Assembly (NCBI GenBank): GCA_965649765.1
Contig: OZ287750.1
Coordinates: 1,550,001 to 1,614,000 of the forward strand
From: Bispira polyomma
Taxonomy: Eukaryota
Reading direction: 5' to 3'
Length of the DNA: 64,000 nucleotides
Part shown: positions 25,679 to 39,004 of the stretch, in pieces
Layout of the letters: each line of letters starts with the position of its first letter
How positions within the stretch are numbered: position 1 is the first letter of the stretch
The notes under the pieces: generated by a model
What the model saw: the letters and a program-made list of their open reading frames with translations, nothing else
What the model was told of the DNA's origin: nothing
Databases searched by the model: none
Translations under genes and position numbers: made by a program

Positions 25679-26792
25679 AAACTGATACCTGAATCTGGAT
25701 ACGAGCAGGTTGTGTGGTGACTGGTTTGTGTCCAGTATTGTTTGACACTTCTGACTTCTCTGGTAACTCTGTCTAATGCTCTTTGTTCTGTAGACTTCTC
25801 ATGGGCCAAAGCTGATCTAGAAAATCATTTAAAAAAAGTTCCATTCACCAAGTAAGTCTCATAAAATACTTTACAGTAACAAAAACTCCAAATGTCTTTG
25901 CATAGCTTCAAGCTTGCTCTTTGAGAAGTTGAAAAAACCCTGGAAGGAATACATAAGTTGTCAGAGTCAATATAAAATACACATGCTAAAAATGACCTGG
26001 CATTAAAAATATCAATCATTAACAATTGGATTAACTCTTTTTATCAAAGAGAAGAACTCCAGTAAAACAGAAGTGATGTTGGCTGTTGGAGCAGGTGTGA
26101 TGTTTGTGGTGGTTCTAGTAAAATCCTACAAACCACAGAGACTGTAAAAGCAAAGTGTCGGATGACGGGGTCTTTCTTTGGGGGCATCACTCGTATTGTG
26201 GGAATGGACTCGAGCTCTTGATAAACTCAGTCTAGACTACTCAAACGAAAGGTAATACAGATGACCTGATGTGAACTAGAATACAAAATGTACTCTTACC
26301 TAGTTCTGTATTGTCATTGAAATCGTGATATATTTTTTAAAGTAGGAATCTATTGGAAGTAATTGGAGTTTGTAAAGATGTGACCATCGTTACAAATACA
26401 GACGTCTCCGTTTTAAGTTTTAGGTTTGAGTGGATCTTAAGGTGTCTGCCTTTCTCTCCAGCCTACAACCTCTCTAATTGACAGTGTCAACTGTTACTTG
26501 CCATGTGTTCAAAGTCTATTAGTGGACTAGATATCAAATGGCCAAAAACACAAAGATTTCCACTGTTCCTCTATTCCCTTGTTCTTGTGGTTGAAACTTT
26601 AAATTACCTGCTTTTATTTTGATAGGGAAATTATATTTCTCTTTTATATCACTCAGCCTTTTTACCTCGAGGTTTTTAACTGAAAATCGGCACCAAAGAG
26701 AAAGTTTCAAGTTCATATTCTTGATGGTATTATTATGAAGTTCCAGAATAGTAAAACTGACTTCTACAAGTGACACTTCTGAAGAATTTTTT

Positions 26793-27031
26793 TTTTTTTT
26801 TTATAATTTTTTTTATTTGTCACAGATGTATCCATAGTACAGTTACATTATAGCAATCAATAACTTTACTCACATGGCGAAGTACAGTAGAAGTGTACAT
26901 ACACTTATATGTAACATTGATATACACATGCATCTCCATATACACATATACATACACATACATACACATATAGGGACATATATATATATATAGGGACACA
27001 TATATATACATACATACATACATACACATAT

Positions 27032-27062
<31 letters not shown>

Positions 27063-29016
27063 CTCAGGGTATGAATTGGAATTTCTACAACATTTAAGTA
27101 AATAAATTTTTAAAAGGAATCCAGATTTTGTCAAATTTTTCTTTATCCTCTATCTCTTCATGGAGGTATATTTGCTCACTGTAATTTTGATTTAGTTTAA
27201 CTTTTAGGCCAGTAATATTTGGGATACATTTATTTACTGCACATTTGAAAATATATAGATTTGTAAGGGCAATCAAAGTATTAACTGGAATAAATGAGTT
27301 ATCTTTATTTAAGTAGCCTAATACAATATCTAATGGAGAGAATTTTATAGTTTTACCTATTCTCAAAAAAATCCAATTCGCCAAGGATTTCCACAAATCC
27401 GCAACATAATCGCATGATATAAACAAATGCATATACGTTTCATGCCCTGTCTGACAGATTCTACAATTATCACATGTATCAATAGACATTTTATAAAGAA
27501 GATCCCTTGAACCCAGTATTCTATGTATTAATTTATACTGAAACCAGACCAAGGAATTGTCTTGTACAATATTAAATATAAGATAGAAAACTCTCCTCCA
27601 TGTCACACTATCAATATGTACTTCTAGATCTCTATTCCATTTAAATTTATATTTACATTCCAACTGTTCCACATTTATTTTGTTATAAATAAATTTACAG
27701 CCCTGATTACATTTTAATATAAGGGACATGTGATGAGGGATATAAGGTCTTGAGAAAGAGTAGTTTTCATTTATCAGATGTCTTCCATCATTGGTGAATC
27801 TTTGTATAACAGATCTGATTTGAAAATATTCCAAGAAGTTTTTTATCCGAAAACCATAGATTTTTTCTATTTCTTCTCTTTTTAATAGTTGTAAATTTGG
27901 TTGGACAATATCTCCGATCACAGATATTCCTCTTTCATACCATTCTTTTTTAAAAAGACTAGAATTGCCTAGTTTTGTGTTATACCATAGGGGAGTGACA
28001 TAGATATCTGACAATGTTTTCAATTGAATAGAGTGGTAGACTGATGTCCATGCCTCAAAAATATCTCTCCAGAACTGGTTTGGTATCTTGTTATTAGCTT
28101 TGACGCCCCAGTAAGGACCAAAATCATACAATGCACGTATAGGGCCATAAGATTGTTCAAATAATTTGGCCCAAGGGCTTGTCGGTGACATTATTAATCT
28201 CCTTATCCAAGTACATTTTAACGATTGGATGAACTTGTCTAAATTTGGCATTTTTAAACCACCGTTTACCTTGCTTTGGACTAAAATTGCTCGTTTAATC
28301 TTTTCTGGTTTCCCATCCCACAGGTATTTATATAGTTTTTTGTTCACGTCTTCACAAAATTTGTTTTTTGGTAGTGGAACGGACACAAATAGGTGATTAA
28401 ATTGCGCCAATATCAGAGACTTAATAACTGTGTTAGGTCTCTTTTTTTCCAACTAGATATTGTTTCCTCTAATTTTGTAAGAGCTTTAGAATAATTTATG
28501 ATTGGCATATTTTGCAAATTTATATCAAAATCAATTCCTAGTAATGAAAATATAGCTGTACCCCATTTCAAAGTACTTGCACATTCAATTTTTTCCTTTG
28601 AAAACCTTTTTTTTCCAATCCACACCATTTTAGTTTTAGCCATATTCATTTTCAACCCTGATAAAGATCCATACACTTCCAAAATATTTAATATTTGGTG
28701 CAGGGAGCTCTCTGAACCATCCATAAAGATTGTAGTGTCATCAGCAAATTGTGAAATTTTAAACTCTACTGAACCAATTTTTATACCCTTTACATTTTCA
28801 TTGTTTTGAATCATTTTGCACAGCACTTGTGCACATAAGAGAAGGAGATACGGGGCAATAGGGTCTCCTTGCTTACACCCTCTCTCAATTGGGAAGAAAT
28901 CTGATAAGACTCCTACTTGTAACACTGTAGCTGTTATTCCAGTATTAAAAAGAGTTTTCCATTTTATAAAATCCTCACTAAAATGATAATGCCGTAGGAC
29001 ATTATATATAAATTTA
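26793..29016 (-). mobile_element. 5'-truncated Tx1/L1-clade LINE with poly(A) tail and 13-bp TSD
   Basis: RT motifs GCKQGDPIAPYL and ISQFADDTT; C-terminal CxxC...H....C motif (CRICQTGHETYMHLFISC). Frameshift near 28440; stop at 27094; microsatellite-rich 3' UTR. TSD tgaagaatttttt at 26780-26792 and 29017-29029. Confidence 0.93.
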
Positions 29017-29759
29017 TGAAGAATTTTTTACCTGAGTAATATTTGGACAAGTTAACGTTGATTATATTTAGAATCTAGATTGTACCAAGTTTTCTGTGAT
29101 AACACACTTTCCAAAGTTCCATATATTTGTAAGCAACTTGTGCATGTTTATCAAAAAGAAAAAAATGTTCCATTCATCAAATTTGTGATGTACTAGTAAG
29201 ATTAGCAAACAGACTTGAGCATTTTGACTTCATGAGGTGTGGAAATAATTCAGGAGAGAAGTAATAACAATTCAAGTTAATTTTTATAAATTTTAATATT
29301 CATTTTAACATTTTATCAGCAACAAATATTGCATTAAAAAATGTAAATTTAAAAAAAAAAAAAATATTTGTCGTACACCCTTCACAAATGTAACATAAAC
29401 CATATACATGTACCATATAAGGGATCAATACTTCAATATTGCACACCACCACATAAAGAATAACTTTATTCCATAAACTATGTTAAAATTAAATAAATGC
29501 CCTAAGTTAATATACTACCAAATGAACATGGAATTATATTCCTCTTTTCCATAAAGTACCGAAATATATTTAAAAAAAATAAATCATTAAAAATAAAAAA
29601 CATGTTTTCTAAAAGCAAATAGTATACATCAAATCAACATATATGCTGGATCACTACATGTATTGTGTCACAATAAAATGGTCTCTCTGAGATTTGATTG
29701 CAAATATGACGTTCCACCATAGATTTCAAATTGTATGACGTCACAATGCAAGATTCGTT

Positions 29760-31790
29760 GTGTGGCTGTGTTAATCATTTTGTAATTAAGCGGGACGCTT
29801 GTTTGTATACAGCAGAAAATTCACGCGGAAGGGCCGGCTGCCACATTTTCTATTGGCTATAGCTCAGCAACCACTGGGTGGATTGTCTTCAAATTTGGCA
29901 CATGCAGTAGCCCTGGGAAAAAATTTCAATATTGTGTCATCACATTTCGACCAATCAGAGAAGTCACATAACTATAAACATAAACTTTCACTTCTATGCT
30001 GATGATACCCAACTGTATATCCACCTTACACCTGACTCTGCCAAGGCAGCTTTCACTTCCTTACAGAACTGCCTTGTTGATGTACAACACTGGATGGCAG
30101 CAAATAAACTCAAGCTGAACCCTGAGAAGACTGAGTTTATTTTGTTTGGCTCCAAGTTGCAACGGGAAAAATTGTCCTGTTGTTTTCCACTTGACATTCT
30201 TGGCAGCAGGTTTTCTCCAGCTGACAAAGTACGAAACCTGGGTGTGGTGTTCGACTCTGAATTCTCCTTCTCTAACCATGTCGCAGCGGTGTGTAGATCA
30301 TGTTTTGTTGGCCTCCGTGATTTCAGGCGGATTCGACGCTATCTTTCCAAATCCACTGCGATCACTGTTGCCAATGCTTTGGTCAGCAGCAGGCTTGATT
30401 ACTGCAACTCTCTGTTCCGTTCCTTATCTCGTAGTGATCTCAGACGCCTTCAGAATATCCAACACTCGTTGGCACGTATTGTGACCAAAACTTCTAAATT
30501 TTCCCACATTACTCCTGTACTGAAGTCACTGCACTGGCTCCCAATAAAATATCGTGTTGCTTTCAAAACAGCAACTATAAGATATAAATTTCTAAATTCT
30601 GGATTACCCACTTATTTTAGCCCCCATCTATCCAAATATACATGCTCAGTCAGGACAAGGCGCAGTAACTCTGATAAATTATACCTTAACATTCCCACTT
30701 TCGACCCTCGCATCCACAAATCCAAAGTTCAGTTCAATCACTGCCTAGCTCATGATGGCCCCCTCATTTGGAACAGCCTACCTGATCATGTTCGCCTGGC
30801 TCAAACTTTCTCCTCTTTCAGGAGTAAACTGAAGGCCTATCTTTTTGAACAGGCTTTTCCACCTTAGCCGTCGCAACCATTTACGGTAGTCTCCCTGGTT
30901 ACGACTTCCATCCGCCCACTATTTTTGATTTTCGATTAACGTTTTGGGTTTGTTGTGCCTTAGAATTTGTTGTACAAAGATTAAGCGCTATAAAAGTACG
31001 ACTAGATTAGATTAGATTAGATTATAAACAGGTTTTTTAAAGGGGTGTGCTTGTCCGGATGATAACTTAAAAAGCACTTTACCTATTTTCATGACATTTG
31101 GCAAGTAGGCTCCTTATATAAATGTCTGGACAGCATTAACTTTTGGAAGTGATCCGATACACAAATAGCGGACTTATTAACGATTAATTAAACGTTAACA
31201 TTTTTCGAAACGATGAAAATGAAAAATCCTTAATATCTTGGAAACAGTGCGAGATAGAGCGATTTCGGCTGAATTTTGGGCTCTGAAGGTATATGCAGTC
31301 ATCAGCAACTTTTCCAAAAATTTTAAATGATTTCAAATTCAAAAAAGAAAAGTTTATTTGTTTGTTTTTTTTTAATTTTTTGTAAAATATTTTTTTTTTT
31401 TTTTTTTTAAATTTTTTTTTATTTTGTTTAACCTCTCAAAAAATCGCTCTCTCGCCATTTTTGGCGGCCAACTTGAATTTCTGCAAAAAAAAAAAAAACG
31501 AGTTTTTCTCTAAATCGGTAACAGATAGAGCAATTTCGACCAAATTTTGACAAAGGGTGTGGTCGGGGCATTAACAGGGCTTAAACTCATTAGAACTTAT
31601 GAGATCTGATCAAAACTGGGCATATCCTGGGCATAAACGGGCATTAACATGGCATGAACAGGGGATGCAAATATATGCAAATATACATTTTTCCCCCATT
31701 CTCTCCCGACAAGCCAAGTTCTAATAATCAGGAGTAAACTGGTATAAATGTGGCGAGAACTTAGACAGTGTGACTGCCACATTACGTTGA
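29760..31790. mobile_element. Putative non-autonomous (HINE-like) element hosting the L2 copy
   Basis: Motifs ttcaaatttggcacat and repeated gagatagagc(g/a)atttcg(g/a)c, with a relative at ~13360-13400. Boundaries uncertain. Confidence 0.35.
29940..31024 (+). mobile_element. 5'-truncated L2-clade LINE with (GATTA)n tail
   Basis: Motifs FYADDTQLY, LKLNPEKTE, SRLDYCNS, LHWLP and AFPP* (stop 30867); stem-loop at 30955-30988; tail agattagattagattagatta. Confidence 0.95.
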
Positions 31791-31846
31791 TAGCCCCTTA
31801 ACAGAGTTCTACTTAGAGAGGGGATGTATGATCTTGGATATATATA

Positions 31847-32100
31847 GGGGCCGCAGTGGCCTAGTGGTTAGCAAGCATTGCGCTTCACAATCACTGGTCT
31901 CTCACCTCTGGGCGGCGTGAGTTCGAATCCCGTCGATGCCTATGTGGGAAAGGTGGTAGTTCCTTACTGTGGGCCGCTGCTTTCAGTGCAGAACCTTGAT
32001 CAACTGTATGCAGTGTTTCCTCCAGCGTTTCCAACTACCCGTCCCGATATAACCTAAACAGGTACTAGAGAGACGTTAAATATCCCAATTCAAATTCAAA
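31847..32100 (+). mobile_element. tRNA-derived SINE, family A, full length, (TTCAAA)n tail, 18-bp TSD
   Basis: A-box TGGCCTAGTGG, B-box AGTTCGAATCC; TSD tgatcttggatatatata at 31829-31846 and 32101-32118. Confidence 0.93.
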
Positions 32101-32557
32101 TGATCTTGGATATATATATGACATAAATAAATTCAAGTGAAAAATTAAATCTTTCTAATGACAAATATGGACAAGTTTGTAACTCTGAGATTTTGTTGAA
32201 GCTAATATTACCACGTATTACCTCCGTACATTAAAATGACAGTTAAAACTCTCCTACAGTCACAGACTATGTTTTTGGACTTCTCAGATTGTTTACTTGA
32301 TTCTGGGGGCTGTGTTTTACAAAATGCCTCACATCAATAAGGCACGTTAATAATATCAAATACAAGACAATATATTGTACACTAAAACACCAGTTGGTAA
32401 AATTACGACAATTAAAGACAAAGTTGGTGTTTTTTTGCTCCTTCATTACAGCATAGCTAGCTATGTCAATTGCCAAAACAATAATTCTATATCTTAACAA
32501 GTAAATAGATTTAAACTAAACTGTAAGAGTTAAAAATTACACAAAACAATACTTGTA

Positions 32558-32762
32558 CAGAAGTAACTCCATTATCCAAAATTCTGTTTATCTGAATATT
32601 CAACTCTGCGAATTCATTTTGTCTCTCTAAATTGGTGCCTTTCTTTTATTGTGTACAGAAATAAACTTTAAAGACATATTTTTTTTTTTGTATTTTAAGA
32701 ACTATTATCTGAACAATTAAAGTATTATCTCCCAGCAAGTTCAGATAACAGAGGTTCTACTG
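32558..32762. mobile_element. Tigger-like MITE, TA TSD
   Basis: ta|cagaagtaactccattatcc...ataacagaggttctactg|ta. Confidence 0.7.
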
Positions 32763-33852
32763 TAGTTAAACAAATTTTTAAAATAGTAACTCTAAACTCC
32801 TACCTGAGGTGCAGTCACAGACCGATTATATTGGAGATAAAACATACAAAAAGCCACCACCAAAATAAAAATGGCCCAAAAAAGTGGACCCCACAGAAAA
32901 TTGTAGTATTAATAATCCACCACATTGTATAAGTTGTTGGCTCTATGATAGGGGGCTGATGTTGCTATTTTTTGCCATTGATTTAGTTTTAAAAACAATG
33001 GCGCAAGTGGTCACATATAGAGAGATAGAAGGGGGGGGGGGGGGGCGTTGGTGGTTTTATCAATATTTTTGCAAGAAGTGAAGTGTTCCCCTGAGACAGA
33101 GGCTTGCAAAGCTTTTTTGTGTGTGCAGCAAAACAAAAAATATGGCTACTCTAATGCTACTGCAAGACTCTCCCTTACAATGGCTTCAAAATCAGCGATT
33201 CTTCTTTACTAATGAATCCATCAAGGTTTTATCATTACATATGAGGGGCCAGGAGAGATTTACATGGGAAATGAGGGTAATATTTTAACTGCTTTCTACA
33301 GCTCTATGATGTGTAAGTGTGTGCTGTGCTGTGTATAGCTTCTCTGTGGAGCTCCAAAAAGCCACTAGTGCTCTGACATATGCCTAACAACAGAACAGTT
33401 TAAGGTGGCCTCAGCTTGTAACAGGGGTTAGTGATGGGGTTTTATGGGAGACGAAACAGACACAAAATGCATCCAAAAAGTGCTACTCTGGTTGTGTGCG
33501 TTTCATTAATCTAATGACATTGAATGTATTATTATGTTTAAATATCGTGGTAGACCTTCATTTTACAGAGAGCACGGCTCGATGGTTCTTTTTAATAGCA
33601 CAAAAATTGGGGGATGGATTTAAAAAAGACAAAAGCAAAACACAAGGAAAAAAAATGGCATCAGATAAATTTGGAATAAATATGATTGGTGGGTTTTTTT
33701 CTTCAAATTTAATGTCATTTTTTTTCATAATAATTTGTGGAAACTAGTCGTGTAATTAAACCACAATATATGTGCAGGAAAACCTCTATTATCGGATCTG
33801 TGATGATCTGAATTGTTAATTTTATATGAACAAACTTCTACTGTCCAGAGAA

Positions 33853-34082
33853 GGACCTCAGTGGGACAGTCTTAACACACTCACCTCCCACCTCTAAGGT
33901 CACGGTTCTAAACTCGGCTGGGGCTTAAAAGTCGGAAAGTTGGTAGTTACATACCGATAATCGCTGGTTTCTAGTATAAAATTTTGACCAACTGGTATAC
34001 ACTGGTTTCCTCCAGCACTGAAACTGTACATAGTAATATGACCTATACAATGTGTTGGAGGCGCCATTAAACCAAAAATCCA
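33853..34082 (+). mobile_element. tRNA-derived SINE, family B (core related to family A), degenerate
   Basis: ggaaagttggtagtt...ttgaccaactggtatacactggtttcctcc...atatgacctatacaatgtgttg...ttaaac. Confidence 0.75.
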
Positions 34083-35684
34083 TCAATCCACTGTGCAGAA
34101 TGTACATGTTCCTGCTGTTTTATATATTAAAGTGACTCCTATTTTATAAACAAACTCACCCATCTTGTGTTGGATTACACAGCTCCCGCTCTATATGTAT
34201 TGTATATTATGTTTCTTAAATAAAAAACCAAAACTGTACAAAAACGAAGCAATGCAATAGTTTCTCAAAAATCCTCATGATTTTATTATATTGTGTACAC
34301 AATAATTTATACATCTAAAAATCATTCCAGTGGGTTACTATTTTTATATCGCAGGCCAAAGTGCAATTCAGGCGAAATCAAGTTTTACTCTTGCCTAGAT
34401 GAGATTGAAATTTTGTGATTAAAACTTTTAAGTCAATAAATGGCTGTATGACATATACAGGATATTGTTAATAGTAGCCCCTCACTATAAGATGTGTTAA
34501 CCCAAGCTCCCCTATTTCATTGTGGCCCCTTATGCTTTAAGTAGGAGCTTAAGTTCAGATTGATGGGATTAAAGGCGTGATCTGCATCACATGACCTCTT
34601 CTCATCCTCCCGCTTTAATCACTCATCTCCTGCTAGCTTTTTTACTGTTCTTGCAGAACTAATTACCCCCTCAAAAAGTTTCTCCTGTCATATGAAAACT
34701 TTGTGCATGCACACACTTTTCAAAACACACAAGGCTTTTAAAAAGACGGGGCAGCTAGTTTGGATGGAGTAATCTTCCAAGTTCCTATTTTTCAGGTGCA
34801 TTCCCCTAGTATAAAAAGTTTTTCCAAGTTCCTTCTCAAGGAAAATGGGTGTTATATATAAAATAAATACTTTGGTTTCAAGGCTGCCACCCTTAAAGTC
34901 ATGTAAGGATTTTTAATATTTAAGGTGATATATCGGCTGTGACTTATTTCAAACCTCGTCACATGGTACATTAAGATTTAATTAATTAAAACCCATCTAC
35001 GTACATCAGAAATAGAAAGAAATCTGCTCAGCCAACATCATTTTTAAAGAACAAAGTATCAGTCACATGCAGTTTCAGTGTAAATAAAGTGATTTCAAGC
35101 AGTTTTTTTTTTGTGGCCAAAGTTTTTATAGTCTGAGTAAGTTTTGTGCAGTGTTTTTTCAAGATGCGGATATTTACCTTTTCTGATATTCCACCTCCAG
35201 TCTTTATCATAAAACAACACACACAAAACCTGATTAAAAATAGCACTTATTTCAAATTTTTGTACCTTATTATCAAAAATTGAGAGTAAAAACTGTGTAT
35301 TGGTTTGGAGGCGTGCGTAGGAACATGACTGAATAAACTGAAGTACCGGTTGGTTTATTACAATAAGGTCACATCCCGCAGTTTTGTAAATAATTTTCTG
35401 TGTCATTTGAAATAACATGTAATTTTAAAACTTATTCAGCTAGTAAAATTAAATTCCACAAACCATTTTGCATACTAAATTTAATATACTTAATTTGAAA
35501 CCAATTTGAGAGCTATTTGAGTATGAATGGAAATGTAATTCCAGTCAATGCTGGTATGAAATCAGTAAATAAAACATTGTTATTTGCTTTGTGCCAATAA
35601 AAGCAAAAACTATTACTTTACGGACCAAAATTTAAGTGGCGTGTTCAATTTCTTCTACTCAGTCATAGCAATCAAGTTAATACC

Positions 35685-36280
35685 TAAACCTGAGCCCTTA
35701 GTTGAGCACAAACCTCTGACATGGGGTGCAAAATCGAAAAGACTCTGGAAAAGTAGATGAACAACTGATTTGACCAAACCACCCATTTCCCTATTAGTTT
35801 TTTTTGGGTGTATAAGATAAAACTCTGAATAAATCTTACAGAATGTACTAGGTATATAAGATAAAACTCTCAGTAAATCTTACAGTATGTACTAGGTATA
35901 TAAGATAAAACTCTCAATAAATCTTACAGAATGTACTAGGTATATAAGATAAAACTCTCAATAAATCTTACAGAATGTACTAGGTATATAAGATAAATCT
36001 CTCAATAAATCTTACAGAATGTACTAGGTGTATAAGATAAAACTCGCAGTAAATCTTACAGAATGTACTAGGCACCTACTTTAGGTATTTTAACTCAATC
36101 TGCACCAACATTTAATGCTTTCTTCCTTGGGCCCATGCCCTAGCCCTACAGAAGGTTTGGTCAAAATCGGTTCAGTAGTTATTTGCATAATCTTGCTGAC
36201 AAACAAACGAACCAACAGACAAAATAACAAACAAACAAACAAACAAGGAAGAAAACATAACTTCCTCAGTGGAGGTAATC
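35685..36280 (-). mobile_element. HINE-like element, apparently full length, with an internal 44-bp array
   Basis: (aaca)n followed by gaaaacataacttcctcagtggaggtaa at one end; gagcacaaacctctgacatgg at the other (subterminal inverted repeat). Confidence 0.7.
35808..36072. repeat. 44-bp minisatellite, 6 copies
   Basis: Unit ggtatataagataaaactctcaataaatcttacagaatgtacta. Confidence 0.95.
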
Positions 36281-37384
36281 AAACGTTCAAATAATTTTAT
36301 CTCAATGGTGAAGTTTTTATAAATAACCAATTAATAAACCTAATCTTTATGGCATGGTTTTTCTAGTTCAGGTTCACCCAGTTCATATTTTACAAGAGCC
36401 ACAAATTTCTTTCATATACAAAGTATGTTAAAGTTTCTTCCACACTATATATAGAAAATTGCAAGATTTTTTCCAAGTATTCAATTTTCTGAACCACATT
36501 TTACACACTCAAGTCCATATGATCAGATTTAATATTTATTTTTTATACGATGTCAAATGTAACTTGGCTTTTGCCAAAATGTTCAGACATTGGACGTGTC
36601 TGTATTAAATTGAATATTTTAGTGGAGTTAATCCAAAAAGAACTTGCTATTTTGATCCTGAAATGTTTTTACAAACCATCTGACCAGATATCATGTCTGG
36701 ATTAGTCCTAGGTTGGCAGTGGTTGACAACAGCTGGTAACATTTAGTTTGCAACAGCAATTTGTCAGGAACTAGTACTTATTTTTGGACCCATATGTTGG
36801 GAGAAACTGTTTCTAACCTTGTGATATATCTGTTGAAAATGTTGATGTTCATCTAACTTGATCTGAGCAGAAAAAGGAAGTTATGCTGAAGAAACTGTTA
36901 TTTTGGGCACTTGTTTAATATGGTCATGTCAACGCCTCACGATTCTTTTCACTCCTGTGTTTTTTGGACACTATCACAGGATACTAAATCTGAGCTTACA
37001 ATCACTTCTCTGTGTGACATCTGAGGAGCACAGTTCAAATCTTACTGACTCTATCATTAAAGACAATATGGCTGGTACATTGTAATCATCTTTCCTGACC
37101 AACATCGCCATCTTCAACTTCTGTGGGTATCACAGCCAACATAATCATTTAAATACTCATTTAAGCCAACATCATAATTTACATGTTTATGATGACCAAA
37201 TTTTTTTATCAGATGTTAATTCAAGGCAAAACCAATTTAACAGTAAATGGAAAGTGGGCGACTTTTCCTGATTGTAACATATTAGTGGTATAAAATTGTA
37301 AATATTTTGTAATGTATTTAATAAAGCAGGTGTTTAAAGTCACCTTAAAACCCAACTAATTTTAAATCTTGTATCTATTTGTAG

Positions 37385-37564
37385 AAAAAGTCCGGCCGGT
37401 TTGCCATGCTGGAGGAAGCCAGTGAACACGAGAGTGACCTTGACCTGGATAAAGAGGTCAAACCCATCGGTGGCTATTGCATGGATCGTGAAGACATGGT
37501 CGAGCAGATGTTTCGTAGTATTAGTGGCAAGAAGCTGCGCGCCATGTTACCAAACATCCTCAAG
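37385..37564 (+). CDS. CAAP1: CAAP1 coding exon (KKSGRFAMLEEASEHESDLDLDKEVKPIGGYCMDREDMVEQMFRSISGKKLRAMLPNILK)
   Basis: Acceptor tttgtag, donor AAG|gtaggg; 180 nt, phase 0/0. The peptide matches the remembered CAAP1 core (LDLTVSLKPVSFYISDKKEMLQQCF..IGEKKLQKMLPDVLK). Confidence 0.9.
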
Positions 37565-38633
37565 GTAGGGTCACCTCTGGATGGAAAGTCTCCAAATATC
37601 AAACTTAGACTCAACAGCAACTCTCTAATGTCTAGGGTTCCCCTGTGTGTTTGAGACCTTAAATTAAGATGGGTAAACTGCACAGGTAACTGGTAACATC
37701 AACTTTATTCTACTTTACTGGTCAACCTTCAATTAAGTTGACCCTAAACTATTAAGGTTGCCTTAGCTTAAAAGTTCTTTAAATAATGTAGTTAACATAG
37801 AATAAATTGAATATTTCAAATTTTGAACTTTTTATCTACGTGTACATGTCACAAATTTTGATTGCAACTGCTGGTGAACCTGAAATTCTTCATTGTTAGT
37901 AGCCAATTCTTCCCTATTCTTTCCTAATCCCTATTCTCCATCCCTCTAGGGCTACGAAGATTGGAATTTCTTGTAGACATTCGCCATCTTTTTTTTCCCA
38001 TCAAAAATTTCCTATGGTTGGAAGCAGCTTCTTTGAAGTGGCAGCTTCCTCATACATACATTCGCCTTTGTGACGACATTCCTTGTCAATCTTCTCCGGT
38101 AAGCCTTTGTCAAACATTCATAAATTTTGATGACGAATGTTAGCGAACCTAAAATTCTTTCTGTTTGGTAGTCAATTCCTTGTGATTCTTCCTTATTCTC
38201 CATCGTTCGCTTATCTGGGATTGTAATGTATTGGTGGATAGTCACCGGCTTCATATAAAAAAATAATTTTTCTGCCCTTTTCACGAAAAATGATGAAGAA
38301 TCAAAATGCTCCAACATTCCCCTCTAACACACTTGCAGACCCCTCTCCATAGTGGGACATATCTCCCTATCGCTGGCAAAACGTTAACATCAAATGTGAC
38401 TGTGTATTTTAAAAAAAACAGAAACCTCTATTGCAATGAGTGGGTCACAACTAAGGGTGTAACAATATTTTGAAAACTCAATATATTCCAATATAATTTT
38501 GCAATATGTAAGTGAAACATTCAGTTATATGTTTTATTTTTGTCATTTGGCAACTAACCCTTTACTGTAAAGAGATTGTAAGGTGTAGATATAACCGAGA
38601 AGTAGAGAGTAATGCTGTGAGTTATCACTTTAG

Positions 38634-38718
38634 GCCATACCTCTGGATGAGCTGAAGAAGCTGTGTGTGGAACAGGTGGAAATCATGTCCAGGAAGCGCA
38701 TCACGGGCATACTCAGCG
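38634..38718 (+). CDS. CAAP1: CAAP1 coding exon (AIPLDELKKLCVEQVEIMSRKRITGILS-G)
   Basis: Acceptor cactttag, donor G|gtaaga; 85 nt, phase 0/1. Continues the CAAP1 domain in frame (remembered human: SIEEIKKLCQEQLELLSEKKILKILEG). Too short for the ORF track. Confidence 0.9.
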
Positions 38719-38756
38719 GTAAGAACTGTGTATTTTGTAGTAAAAAAGAGGGCTGT

Positions 38757-38942
38757 CTATAATCTAATCTAATCAATTCAGTAATCGTGCTTAATTACCA
38801 TACTAGAGGATTCTAAGGAGCAACAATCAAAATCATTGTTCAGTGGTCGTGTTGTGGTGGACAGACAAAAGGGTCTTTACCAGAGCGGGAGTCGGTGGTA
38901 GTAAGACCGTGTCAGGTGGTATACGCTTTTTGATAGAGATAT
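38757..38942 (-). mobile_element. L2 3' end with (GATTA)n tail
   Basis: Reverse complement reads YLYQKAY.., then cacggtcttac as at 6237, ending gattagattagatta. Confidence 0.75.
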
Positions 38943-39004
38943 AGGGGGCTGTTCTTGACCTAACAAAATATAGAGGAAGGTTAATTTTATTATGATATTA
39001 TATT

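Noticed and set aside
37565-37654. C-terminal part of ORF 37406..37654
   Set aside because: Read-through past the GT donor at 37565; CAAP1 similarity resumes at 38634.
37946-38342. Possible hAT-like MITE in the short CAAP1 intron
   Set aside because: Could not define convincing TIRs or an 8-bp TSD.
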